From NCBI GenBank assembly GCA_051382295.1, contig JBBCAW010000008.1, positions 96,001 to 160,000 of the forward strand: DNA of 64,000 nt. Reading direction: 5' to 3'. Shown here piece by piece: positions 17,168 to 26,472 of this stretch (position 1 is the stretch's first letter; each line of letters begins with the position of its first letter). The notes below the pieces were generated by a model, which saw nothing but the letters and a program-made list of their open reading frames with translations, searched no databases and was not told the origin of the DNA. The stretch is from Bdellovibrionota bacterium FG-1 (GTDB lineage Bacteria; Bdellovibrionota; UBA1018). Both the position numbers and the translations under genes were made by a program.

Positions 17168-19620
17168 GGAGGCCTAATATCACGCCAAACATCAACAAGG
17201 CCGCCCAATCTTTAGAGTGGGGGCGGTTTTTAGAATATGCGGAACCCGAGGCACGAACAGATCGAGCCAAGGCCTTTTTGCGTCAAATGACTGATCCAGG
17301 CCATTGGGCCCAAAGTCTGGCCACCGCGCGTCTCATGCAACACGAAACACAAGAGTGCTCTCCCCTATTGGATCGTGACGCACTCTGGGGTCCCCTCACC
17401 GATTTGAGCGACCCTGAGGTGGCCCTTGAGCGCCTTGCACGCGGATCGGTGCTGGAGATCGTCGAACTTGCTCTCATTCGAAAATGGCTGTACGCGATGG
17501 ACTCCTGGTGTCAAACACCTCGTGACGAGATTCGCGGCGAGCTATTCAAGAAGGCGCTGTCGCAACTGCCCGACCCCTTTGAACCCCTCCGTATTCTCGA
17601 TCGCATTTTAACCCCCGAAGGGGAATTATCAGAGAAAGCCTCTCCTCGATTAGCCCAACTTTATACCGAAATTCGTGCCCTAAAACGCGAAGTCGGCGTC
17701 ATTCTAGATCACCTTTTAAAAACGTTCGCGCAAAAAGGGGTGCTGCAAGAAAATTTTTCTGACGTGCGGGATGGTCGTTTCGTGCTTCCAATCAAAATTT
17801 CGTCTCAAAGCGAAGTCGACGGAATTATTTATGAAGCCTCCGCCAGTCGGCAAACCGTTTTTATTGAGCCCCGCGAAGTTGCGGGAGTCAATAATCGCTT
17901 GAAACAAAAGCAGAACGAGCTCATTCAGGAAATTTTCATTGTACTCTCGGAAACTTCCAAAAAAATTCAGCCCTTTTCAGCTGAAATTCAGGCGGCGGTG
18001 CAAATCATCTCTCATTGGGATGTCGTACAAGCCAAGGCGAGACTAGGGCTGCATTACTCCGGAAAGATGATTCAGGTCACCGAAAGCCGCACTTTCTTGA
18101 TGCAACAAACGGCGCATCCTTTGTTATTTTGGTCGTTGAACCACGACCGAATTATCCGCAACGAAATCGACTTTGGCGAACCGATTCGCACGCTTTTGTT
18201 GACGGGCCCCAATACCGGCGGAAAAACCGTATTACTGAAGACCCTCGGTCTGGCGGGCATTTGCGCGCGCACCGGCTTCCCTTTTCCGGGAGCGGACCAT
18301 CCTACTATTCCATTTTTTGAGTCTTTTTTTGCCGATCTCGGGGATCCCCAATCGATTGAACACCACCTTTCCAGTTTTTCTGGCCACATTGCCCGTTTCA
18401 AAGAAATTCTCGAAAATGTCACGGATCGTAGCCTCGTCTTAATTGACGAACTCAATTCAGCCACTGACCCTGAAGAAGGCGCGGCTCTAGGAAGGGCCTT
18501 CCTTGAAACCGTTATAAGTCGTGGCGCTTTGATCGTGACCACGACCCATGATCCCCATCTCAAAGCCAGCGCCGTGTCAGACACGCGCATCTTGAACGCC
18601 AGCATGCAATTCGATGAAAGCTCGCGCATCCCTACTTTCAAAATGATTTTGGGCGTCCCTGGCCGGTCTCGCGCGCTCGAGACGGCCGAACGATTGGGCA
18701 TTCCACAAGAGGTGCTTCGCTTAGCGCGGACCTACCTGACCCGAGAACACCTTGAATTTGAAGCGATGCTCGCGAAGCTTGAATCAGATTCGCGAGAGAC
18801 TGAACGTGCCCGGAAAGATAGCGTTCGGTTACGGGATGAAGCGGAGAAATTAAAAAAAGAATGGACCGAAAGAACGCAAGCGGCAGTCAACGAGATGCTC
18901 GAAAGAACCCGGCAAAAATTACGCCGAATACTGGAACAAGCCCAAGACCAGGTTCGCACCTCTGTGCGCAAGCTGGATGAGGCAAAACATCGCAAGGATC
19001 TGGATCAAACTCGATCGGCCATCAATGAAGCCTTTTCACTTTCAAACGATCGTTTAGAAACCGCCTTGGATGAAGAGGCTCCTGAACTCGCCCAAGCGCT
19101 TGCGTTGCAAAATAAGGAAATCAAAAAACCCACCTCGTCTCAATCTCTTCTGCCTCTTCTGCACATCGGAACCCAGGTTCGCATCCCAAAATGGAAGACC
19201 ACAGGCACGGTCCTTGAAATTCAGGGCGCTAAAGCAAAAGTATCCATGGGGACCATTCAAATGGTGATGTCCACCTCGGACATCGAGCCGTTAGCCCCCT
19301 CTGAAGTGGCGGCTTTGCCTAAACAACGACGCTCGGGGTCTCGCGCTCAGGTCCATGTAGTCGCAGTCCCGGACTCTCAGGTCGACCTCAGGGGGATTCG
19401 CTTTGACGAAGCCATGAGCCAGCTTTCAAGCTATCTCGATCAAGCCTATCAAAGCGGCGCCCTCGCGGAGGTCACAATCGTCCATGGCCTTGGCACCGGC
19501 GCCCTTCGGGAAGGGACGCGAAAGCTTTTAGCTGAACTCGCCTATATCAAAAACTATCGGGATGGCGGCGTCGGCATGGGCGGCTCGGGAGCGACGATCG
19601 TCGAGTTCGAGCGGGACTAA
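17164..19620 (+). CDS. mutS2: Endonuclease MutS2
   Basis: TGPNTGGKT, LSSFSGH, LIDE...TDPEEG, KOW-like segment, C-terminal Smr (DLRG...IVHGLGTG). Confidence 0.93.
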   Translation: MRRPNITPNINKAAQSLEWGRFLEYAEPEARTDRAKAFLRQMTDPGHWAQSLATARLMQHETQECSPLLDRDALWGPLTDLSDPEVALERLARGSVLEIVELALIRKWLYAMDSWCQTPRDEIRGELFKKALSQLPDPFEPLRILDRILTPEGELSEKASPRLAQLYTEIRALKREVGVILDHLLKTFAQKGVLQENFSDVRDGRFVLPIKISSQSEVDGIIYEASASRQTVFIEPREVAGVNNRLKQKQNELIQEIFIVLSETSKKIQPFSAEIQAAVQIISHWDVVQAKARLGLHYSGKMIQVTESRTFLMQQTAHPLLFWSLNHDRIIRNEIDFGEPIRTLLLTGPNTGGKTVLLKTLGLAGICARTGFPFPGADHPTIPFFESFFADLGDPQSIEHHLSSFSGHIARFKEILENVTDRSLVLIDELNSATDPEEGAALGRAFLETVISRGALIVTTTHDPHLKASAVSDTRILNASMQFDESSRIPTFKMILGVPGRSRALETAERLGIPQEVLRLARTYLTREHLEFEAMLAKLESDSRETERARKDSVRLRDEAEKLKKEWTERTQAAVNEMLERTRQKLRRILEQAQDQVRTSVRKLDEAKHRKDLDQTRSAINEAFSLSNDRLETALDEEAPELAQALALQNKEIKKPTSSQSLLPLLHIGTQVRIPKWKTTGTVLEIQGAKAKVSMGTIQMVMSTSDIEPLAPSEVAALPKQRRSGSRAQVHVVAVPDSQVDLRGIRFDEAMSQLSSYLDQAYQSGALAEVTIVHGLGTGALREGTRKLLAELAYIKNYRDGGVGMGGSGATIVEFERD

Positions 19621-19621
19621 A

Positions 19622-20641
19622 TCAAAAACGAAAATCGTATCGCAACCTCAGTCGTTGCTCATCGGCTTGAATGGAGTCAATCGGGGCCAAGCGATGCACC
19701 GAATCTACCACGCATGTAAGATTATCCAAAACTTGTTTACTCAGTGAACCCGCCACCGAATTCGACGAAGCACCATAAAGAAGTTGCGTCGAAAGGCCAA
19801 AAAACGGCAACGGGCGTTTCAGGGTAAGTTGATAACGCTCCTGCGAATAATCCACCACCCATCCCATATTCATCATCGCGCCAAAATCAACCGCAGAATT
19901 GGGGCCTAAATCGCGGTTTGCGGCGACCATCGGACGATACTCAAAGACACCAAAACCCAAAGGCGACTCCATTTCTACTGCGCCATACCTATCCCGTACA
20001 TTCGTGGTAAATCGAAGCAAAGTGTCATCGGTCAACCTAAGAGGAACCGGACGGCCAACATACACTCCCGCAGCGATAACACCAGGAGCCATGGCCTTTT
20101 CAATGGTTGCGTGCCGTTCTATGATTGCATTGGCCTTTCTCTCGGCATAGCTCATTTGCCGCTTTTGCATCTCATCCCACACGCCATTTCCAAATCCTCC
20201 GATACTTGCAAAATAACCGCGCTGCCCTTCTGGATCAAGAAGTCCGGCATGCATTCTCATTTCGTATTCACGCGTCAGATTTTCAATATTTTGGCGCCAA
20301 GTCCGGGCCTGCGCCGGGTCGTAATACGGCGCCATCCAATCTTCGTCAAACGGAGATTTTCTATTTAACTCGAGTAAATATGAGGCATTCAGAGCACAAA
20401 CTTTTCCGCGACCGCCGCCCGTCCGCACGCGATAATCATCCACCCAAGCAGGGCGCAAGGAAGGTCTAAGTTTAAGACGACCCGCACAAGCATCAGAGGC
20501 CCGCAACAAGCCAATACTCGCAAATAAGGTGAATACACTTATCCCTAAGCGAAGGCTGGTTTTAGAGAAAGCAATCCAACTGGCCATGCTCTTAAGCCCC
20601 TCTCTGGTGGACCTAAGTAGAGCAATCGCCGTACCACTCAT
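19622..20641 (-). CDS. Hypothetical exported protein, possibly with a C-terminal beta-barrel
   Basis: N-terminal hydrophobic segment; ends LRLRYDFRF; start uncertain. Confidence 0.55.
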   Translation of the reverse strand: MSGTAIALLRSTREGLKSMASWIAFSKTSLRLGISVFTLFASIGLLRASDACAGRLKLRPSLRPAWVDDYRVRTGGGRGKVCALNASYLLELNRKSPFDEDWMAPYYDPAQARTWRQNIENLTREYEMRMHAGLLDPEGQRGYFASIGGFGNGVWDEMQKRQMSYAERKANAIIERHATIEKAMAPGVIAAGVYVGRPVPLRLTDDTLLRFTTNVRDRYGAVEMESPLGFGVFEYRPMVAANRDLGPNSAVDFGAMMNMGWVVDYSQERYQLTLKRPLPFFGLSTQLLYGASSNSVAGSLSKQVLDNLTCVVDSVHRLAPIDSIQADEQRLRLRYDFRF

Positions 20642-20724
20642 AGCTCCGGTAAAATCAAATAAAATCAGGTCGTTATTATAAAAATCCGTCTAACTATTTG
20701 ACACCTGTATAAAAGATTTTCGGT

Positions 20725-20753
20725 TTGACTTGAGAAGACCGTCTTCATAGTCT
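20725..20753 (+). promoter_or_regulatory. sigma70 promoter with palindromic spacer, probably leaderless
   Basis: TTGACT, 17 bp, TAGTCT, then 6 nt to ATG 20760; GAAGAC-C-GTCTTC palindrome at 20734-20746. Confidence 0.55.
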
Positions 20754-20759
20754 TGCTCG

Positions 20760-21857
20760 ATGCAAAGCCAAGTATCCGAGCGGGAACTCAAGAACGTCAT
20801 TCGCCTCCTCAAGCGGATCGAGCCGCTGCGGGATCATGGCGACTCTCAATGGTTATTTTATTTTCCCGTTCACTCGCGAAAATGGCAAAAGCTTCTGATC
20901 GTTTTATACGATTCCAATTACTACTTTAGCTTTGCGCATTCGGACTTTAGTCTTTGCTATCCTGGAGAAAAGGACAGGATCGACTGGGATGCCCCAGAAC
21001 TTCGGTGGATTATCGATCATGTGCCAGGATGCATCGAGGACATGTCCAAGAAAGGCGACTTTGCCTATCGGAAGGTGGTTCGTACACTTCCGAAACGCTA
21101 TCGCTGGGGCATCGTTCCGCGCAAGGCAGCCCTTTTGAATTGTGACGATCTTTATCGAGCAGAAAAAGAACTTGGCAAGCGGAACACGGATGAACTGGTT
21201 CATTGGATTGAGAAACAGGGTTCAGAAAAAGTCAAATTCGAACAGCCGATGACTTTAAAGTTATATCTCGAATATTGCCGAATAGCTTATTTGGCCAACG
21301 CTGATCAGCTGAAGTTAACCGGCAAGGAAACCGGCTTAGGACTCTACAAACGATTCGCGGACAACCGTCACGACGGGCTTTTGGAAATCGATCCCGATTC
21401 AGCGGATGCGTTTCATGCTTGGTACCATGGAGGACGGGGGGGCGGACATCCTTGGGAGGTTTATCGGGGAGGAAACACGACCCACATTGATCTTGGCGTG
21501 ACCACCACGGATTATGAATGGCGGGAAAAAAAGGAAACCAGAAACTATACGATTTTCCTGCACGGACTTTCCACGGGCCGACTTGTCGAGACAGCCCACA
21601 TCGCCTTGGCCTTTATTCGTAAAGGAATGCCGTTCACGTTTCTCGGTGCGGAGGAGATGCGCAGAAAGCTGCTGGCACTTGATAATTTGGGGATTGTGCC
21701 AGAATGGTATTCGCTTCATCGCGCCAATCAAGATTTTATCGAAGGCCTTCACGTCTATGATTGCCTCCACTGGACTGACCTTTCAGCGGAAGAGAGAAGG
21801 AAACTCTTAGCCTACGTCACTTGGCTACCTTTGGAGGTCATTTTGCCGCGGGTGTGA
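20760..21857 (+). CDS. Conserved-looking hypothetical protein (GGHPWE...GGNTTHI motif)
   Basis: 365-aa soluble ORF with its own promoter; no recognised domain. Confidence 0.7.
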   Translation: MQSQVSERELKNVIRLLKRIEPLRDHGDSQWLFYFPVHSRKWQKLLIVLYDSNYYFSFAHSDFSLCYPGEKDRIDWDAPELRWIIDHVPGCIEDMSKKGDFAYRKVVRTLPKRYRWGIVPRKAALLNCDDLYRAEKELGKRNTDELVHWIEKQGSEKVKFEQPMTLKLYLEYCRIAYLANADQLKLTGKETGLGLYKRFADNRHDGLLEIDPDSADAFHAWYHGGRGGGHPWEVYRGGNTTHIDLGVTTTDYEWREKKETRNYTIFLHGLSTGRLVETAHIALAFIRKGMPFTFLGAEEMRRKLLALDNLGIVPEWYSLHRANQDFIEGLHVYDCLHWTDLSAEERRKLLAYVTWLPLEVILPRV

Positions 21858-21859
21858 TT

Positions 21860-22051
21860 GGGGGCTCCCAGTAAAAAGTGTCGGGGTCGGCCTTCCCCCT
21901 TTGCAGCACTTCCTATGCTGCAAGTGCCCTTTTGGGCACTCGGGCTTCTCGAACAATCCTGTTCTCGAAGGGCCTCCGCGCAAAAAGCGCCTCCTGCGCG
22001 CCCGGATCCCCTCATTTTTACTGGGAAGCCCCTACGTGGGGTCCGGGATCA
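21860..22051 (-). repeat. Structured dispersed repeat / MITE-like element, long copy with three extra hairpins
   Basis: GGGGCTCCCAGTAAAAA (21861-21877) pairs with TTTTTACTGGGAAGCCCC (22015-22032); homologous to 4480-4596. Confidence 0.8.
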
Positions 22052-22210
22052 ACGAGCCTACGCGGCATGAGAGCGTCGCCATCGAAAAAGACAAGTGGGC
22101 CGCTTCGGGTACATTTCATGGCCGAGGCGAGCTTTCGATGAAGTTCTGGCGGGCGAATTTGCTCACTTTTATGGAGGGGGGTAAATGGGGTGAGTTTGAC
22201 GAAAGCAACA

Positions 22211-22253
22211 GTCCCCGTGGTGCGCAGTCATTACGACTGAACACCACGGGGAC
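22211..22253 (-). terminator. Hairpin downstream of the 22271-23869 gene
   Basis: GTCCCCGTGGTG/CACCACGGGGAC 12-bp stem with inner CAGTC/GACTG. Confidence 0.55.
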
Positions 22254-22270
22254 ATTGGAAGTCTTAGGCT

Positions 22271-23869
22271 TTATTCAAGAAAGATTGGAGCCGCGTTGCC
22301 ATCTATCAATTTTTTCATATCGCGAGTATTTCTGATCTCTTCGATCGAATGGATGTACGCTGTAGGATACAGCGGCCCGAGGGCGACTCCAGGCATATTT
22401 TCCCAACCGGTGGCGTAGACGTCTTCGGATAAATCGACTACTGCGCTATCCTTGATCTTCAGGATATACGGGCCGGCATGGATGACAGGAAAACTCAAAA
22501 AGTGGGTGGTACCCTCGGCCGCCACTTGCAACAGATAGGCGTTAAGTAATTGAGACCGACCGCCAAGCTCCAAGTAGAGACCTGGATGATCATGGCGGCC
22601 GCCAGATTCCAGAATCCTGCTTTGGAAAGACTCGTACCCATAGATTCGACTATTTTTCACTGCCGCGCCTGAGTGCAGTACGAGGTATTGAGGGTTGGCG
22701 CGGACACCCGAGAGGATCGCGCTTTGTTCCATCACGAAGCTTCGCGGAAAGACCCCCGACTCACTTTCGAAGAAAAGCATTGAAGAAAGAATCTGAGCGT
22801 TCTTGCTGACTCGACCTATTGCCGAAAGGCGCGGTAGGAGCGCAATACAGTGCATAAGTGAGGAGTTCTTTACATAGCTTCCAGAATCGAACTGAATAGT
22901 TCCATACTCGAGGCTTTGGTATCCTGCTTCCTGACAGACATCTGAAAAGAAAAATTGAGATCCCGCATCCGCCGAGATGTTAGCCCCGATCGCTGAGCCC
23001 ACGCTCACGAAAGCGCCTGGCGCCACTTTTGCTCCATCCGCCACAAGCCCTCCGCCATAATCGTGGATATGCGAATGAATCGAGACAGGGGCAACAAGGC
23101 CACTGGTCACAATCCCCTCGCGCAGCCGCTTGAGTGCCACGATTTCTTGTAAGGAGGGAGACCTCGGATAAGTGGAAAGTTGGATCTCAGCGAGATTCAT
23201 GGCAGTTTCCAGACCGATGGTTACGTTCGCGATTGTTGCGTAGGAGGGTGATGAAGAAAGCGCGTGCATGCGTTCGTGGATCAAAAGCTTGGCCTGCTCG
23301 CGAGGTGAAAGAGTATTAAAGATCGATTCCTGCAAAAAGGTAAAGCGTTGAGTTGTGTAACCAACTAGAATCGATTCGCGACTGAGGGAAGGATCGAGCG
23401 GAAGGGTCCCAGTACGGGCAGGAAGGCGACTGACAAGGCAATAAACTGGATTTACGCCCAGTACTTCAGATTCAACAAACGCGGATCGAAGTTGCTCGGA
23501 CTCGAAATCGATCCGACAGCCCTTCGGAAATTCATTGGCAGCGCATTTGCCTAAGTCAGGCGCAATCCAAGTGCGCGGAGCTGATACGGCACCATAAGCC
23601 GCAAGCAAACGGCTCATTTTCTTCAGTTCTTCACGCACAGCTCCAGTGGGACGGTATCGATCCTGATCTGAGCAACCCAACTCATGCGACATTTCACCCG
23701 AAAGGTCCAAATATGGATCAGCCAAAACTAATTTTCCGGTTTTGGGATCGACAATCACATCGCCACCACCGCCACTCATTCCACCGTCAGCATGCGCGTT
23801 CAACGCATAAAGGTTCAACAACGTGAGGATCACAAACGGGCTCATTTTCACTATTTTACGAAACAACAT
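22271..23869 (-). CDS. Secreted protein with GGxxGGGG N-terminal motif, HExxH zincin-like motif and beta-helix-like C-terminus
   Basis: Signal peptide ending AHA, DGGMSGGGGD, LLIHERMH, GAKVAPGAFVSVGSAIG repeats; AGGAG SD. Confidence 0.7.
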   Translation of the reverse strand: MLFRKIVKMSPFVILTLLNLYALNAHADGGMSGGGGDVIVDPKTGKLVLADPYLDLSGEMSHELGCSDQDRYRPTGAVREELKKMSRLLAAYGAVSAPRTWIAPDLGKCAANEFPKGCRIDFESEQLRSAFVESEVLGVNPVYCLVSRLPARTGTLPLDPSLSRESILVGYTTQRFTFLQESIFNTLSPREQAKLLIHERMHALSSSPSYATIANVTIGLETAMNLAEIQLSTYPRSPSLQEIVALKRLREGIVTSGLVAPVSIHSHIHDYGGGLVADGAKVAPGAFVSVGSAIGANISADAGSQFFFSDVCQEAGYQSLEYGTIQFDSGSYVKNSSLMHCIALLPRLSAIGRVSKNAQILSSMLFFESESGVFPRSFVMEQSAILSGVRANPQYLVLHSGAAVKNSRIYGYESFQSRILESGGRHDHPGLYLELGGRSQLLNAYLLQVAAEGTTHFLSFPVIHAGPYILKIKDSAVVDLSEDVYATGWENMPGVALGPLYPTAYIHSIEEIRNTRDMKKLIDGNAAPIFLE

Positions 23870-24050
23870 AAGGCACTCCTTGTATAACTGTTGACAAATT
23901 AGATCAACTGTTTTTCCGACCGATAAAACTCTATAATTTCAAGGATCAACTCTCCCCAGGGGCCTTCAGAAGGCTGCTCGGGACAGTTGACTCGCTTGGA
24001 TGGGGTTATAGTTGATAGTTTCGAGTCAGAATAGATGATTTTAATTATTT

Positions 24051-24091
24051 AAGTATGAGTTAGTTTAAAATTTTTAAACTAACTCATACTT
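24051..24091. promoter_or_regulatory. Perfect 41-bp palindrome, candidate operator
   Basis: AAGTATGAGTTAGTTTAAAA-T-TTTTAAACTAACTCATACTT. Confidence 0.7.
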
Positions 24092-24127
24092 TAAACCGAA
24101 TAGTCCTTATCATTTAGGTAATTCCCT

Positions 24128-24949
24128 ATGGCGCATCCGAATTCAGTTTTCGACTATTCTGACTACAAAGCTTTCATTCGCGATCTCGATGAGACCAGAC
24201 CTCGTGGCTTCAGAAAATCTTTAGCAGCGGCCATTCCTTGCCAGACCGCTTACGTGTCACAGGTATTAAACGGCCACGCACACTTCAACTGGGAGCAAGC
24301 TGAGGCAGCCGCGCGTTTTTTGGAACTCTCCAAGCCCGAGCTGCGGTACTTTCTTTTACTGGTTGAATCAGCACGCGCCGGCACGCAGTCGCTCAAGCGT
24401 GTGATCGAAGAGCAACTAGAGGAGTTACGCGAACGGCATCTGCTTTTGAAGGAGCGAATTGGAGTTCAAGCGACGCTCTCTGCGGAGAATCAAACTCGCT
24501 ACTATAGCGCCTGGTATTATGCGGCCGTCCACATGGCCGTGACAATTCCATCTCTCAGAAGCCGTGCGACGATTGCAAAATCACTTCACCTTTCACCTGA
24601 GGTGCTCGCGCCAGTTTTAGACTTTCTCGCTTCGGTCGGACTAATCGTCAAGCAGGGCGAGCGCTACTACCCGGGAACGACCCTCATCCATCTCGAAAAA
24701 AATTCGCCAGCCATTTTTCAGCATCATGCAAACTGGAGACTGAAAGCCCTTTCGATGATGTCCGCGGACGTCGCACAGCGGAACGTCCATTATTCGACAG
24801 TTGTCACGCTGTCAGCAGAGGATGCAAAAAAAATTCGGGTCCTTTTCACTCAAGCCATTAGTGACGCCTCTGTCATCATCAAACCCTCTCCTGAGGAGCA
24901 GATGTTTGGGATCAATCTAGATTTGTATCGACTGGACGAAGGAAGCTAA
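24128..24949 (+). CDS. TIGR02147 family protein (HTH + DUF4423)
   Basis: VFDYSDYKAF...YVSQVLNG...YYSAWYYAAVH...HHANWR...INLDLY; 273 aa. Confidence 0.88.
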   Translation: MAHPNSVFDYSDYKAFIRDLDETRPRGFRKSLAAAIPCQTAYVSQVLNGHAHFNWEQAEAAARFLELSKPELRYFLLLVESARAGTQSLKRVIEEQLEELRERHLLLKERIGVQATLSAENQTRYYSAWYYAAVHMAVTIPSLRSRATIAKSLHLSPEVLAPVLDFLASVGLIVKQGERYYPGTTLIHLEKNSPAIFQHHANWRLKALSMMSADVAQRNVHYSTVVTLSAEDAKKIRVLFTQAISDASVIIKPSPEEQMFGINLDLYRLDEGS

Positions 24950-25057
24950 AAATGATTTAGGGCATACCCCAGATCACCCCAATACATTTTCAAAGAAGTG
25001 GGACGCACTCAAGCTTGAGCTTGAAATGCCTTATGTAATCCACAAAAACAGTGTCGT

Positions 25058-25732
25058 TTACCAGAGCGGCTTTCCCAGTGCCTGGATCAAGCGAAGTTGT
25101 TTTCCGATCCGTAGAGCAGTCTCGTTCGTGCAGCCAAGGTCTTTTCGTAACCGATAAAACGTCGTTTCCCCATTAAGAAGTAAATAGGTCGCAATCTCCG
25201 CACGCCAGGAGGCTCCGAAAAGCAGTCGCATACGGATATGGAGGTTCATTTTCGCTGTCAGATCCAACGGTAAAATCTTGTCTCGCTGGTCAATGATTGG
25301 CGCGACCGTCAGGCCGAACTCCTTGAAATCCGGGTTGGCCTCGCACTGACCTATGACCACCGGCAACTCGATATGCTCGGCAAGCGGTATTTTATCGATC
25401 TTCCGCACGCGCTTGTGGATCGTGTTGCAAACCAGTTGGAGTTTTCTGGCCGTTCTAGCCCCGTGCCGGCAAAATCCCCCAAGCAGCATGAGCGATCGCA
25501 GCGGAAGAGAGCGATTTTTGATCAAAAACACCAGCCTCTCCGTATGGATGAGATCGGCGTAGCTGTCGATCCAATTGGCGAGCAGATAGAGAATCTTGGC
25601 ATCCTCTGCCGCGAGATCGAGACTTGAGATCAGGGTTTCCTCGGGATTGGCGTTATGGCTTGGTTTTTCACCAAAGAAAATCCCGATTGATCTTAGGTCC
25701 GCGAGCAGCGCTCTTTCGTCTTTCGGCTTCAT
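25058..25732 (-). CDS. Hypothetical protein with C-terminal HTH, partner of the nucleotidyltransferase (antitoxin-like)
   Basis: RLLFGASWRAEI...TFYRLRKDLGCTNETALR; start overlaps the upstream stop. Confidence 0.6.
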   Translation of the reverse strand: MKPKDERALLADLRSIGIFFGEKPSHNANPEETLISSLDLAAEDAKILYLLANWIDSYADLIHTERLVFLIKNRSLPLRSLMLLGGFCRHGARTARKLQLVCNTIHKRVRKIDKIPLAEHIELPVVIGQCEANPDFKEFGLTVAPIIDQRDKILPLDLTAKMNLHIRMRLLFGASWRAEIATYLLLNGETTFYRLRKDLGCTNETALRIGKQLRLIQALGKPLW

Positions 25733-26253
25733 AATTTTAGTTCTTTCTTGAGCATATTCGTGAATGCCTCGATCCAGATTGGATTGGCGTTCTTTTGCTT
25801 AAGACAGTAACGACGCCCCGCAGCCAGCTCCACCGCATCCGGCTTCAAAATCAGCAAATCTTGATAGTCGAATGCCCGCCTTTCCACGCAGGCATGCAAC
25901 TTCGAGTTGATGAGATTCTGACGACCTAAGGAGTAGACCGTGAGATTCCTGCCCTCAAATACCTTCGTAACCGTCGTTTTCCAGTTCGAGGGGAGACGGT
26001 CGATGATCGGATTTACCTTGTTGTTTAACCAGCCCACCGGGTAGCCGAGCTTCTTCGCCACACGCTTGATCGCCCGGTCCAGCGCCGGGTCAATCACTTT
26101 GGCAATCATGTCGATATCGCCGGTCTTGCGGTTGCCTAGACCCAGCAGAGTCAAGGCAGCGCCTCCGCAAATGTAAATTTCTATCGAGCATTCTTCCTGC
26201 TCTAAGGCGCGATCAAGTTCTTTGATCGCCTTTTTGACTTCAATCGCTTTCAT
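25729..26253 (-). CDS. DUF6036-like nucleotidyltransferase
   Basis: ICGGAAL...RKTGDID, GWLNN, SKL...DYQDL; TTGTAT-17-TAGAAT promoter at 26264-26292. Confidence 0.75.
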   Translation of the reverse strand: MKAIEVKKAIKELDRALEQEECSIEIYICGGAALTLLGLGNRKTGDIDMIAKVIDPALDRAIKRVAKKLGYPVGWLNNKVNPIIDRLPSNWKTTVTKVFEGRNLTVYSLGRQNLINSKLHACVERRAFDYQDLLILKPDAVELAAGRRYCLKQKNANPIWIEAFTNMLKKELKL

Positions 26254-26472
26254 AGGCTTTATAATTCTATCCCTATAGATTGGATAATACAACCTAAAAC
26301 AACCCCGAATAACCCAGGTTGCGATCCTGTTGGTCTATGATTTTATTGGTTTTTATTGATTGTGGTGGAGTTTAGAAAAGTGAAGGACTGAAAGTTTTAG
26401 CGCATCGAGCACTGCCTACGGATTCCGATATTCCGCAATGCCCCCTAAGCCGTTCTGATCCAAAAGGTAATT

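Noticed and set aside
21812..22335. Several short overlapping ORFs
   Set aside because: They are open frames through the GC-rich palindromic element, with no SD or protein motifs.
26335..26372. TGGTGGAG resembling a tRNA 3' end / att site, and AT-rich similarity to 20651-20670
   Set aside because: The match is only 8 bp or low complexity; there is no tRNA body or integrase in the window.
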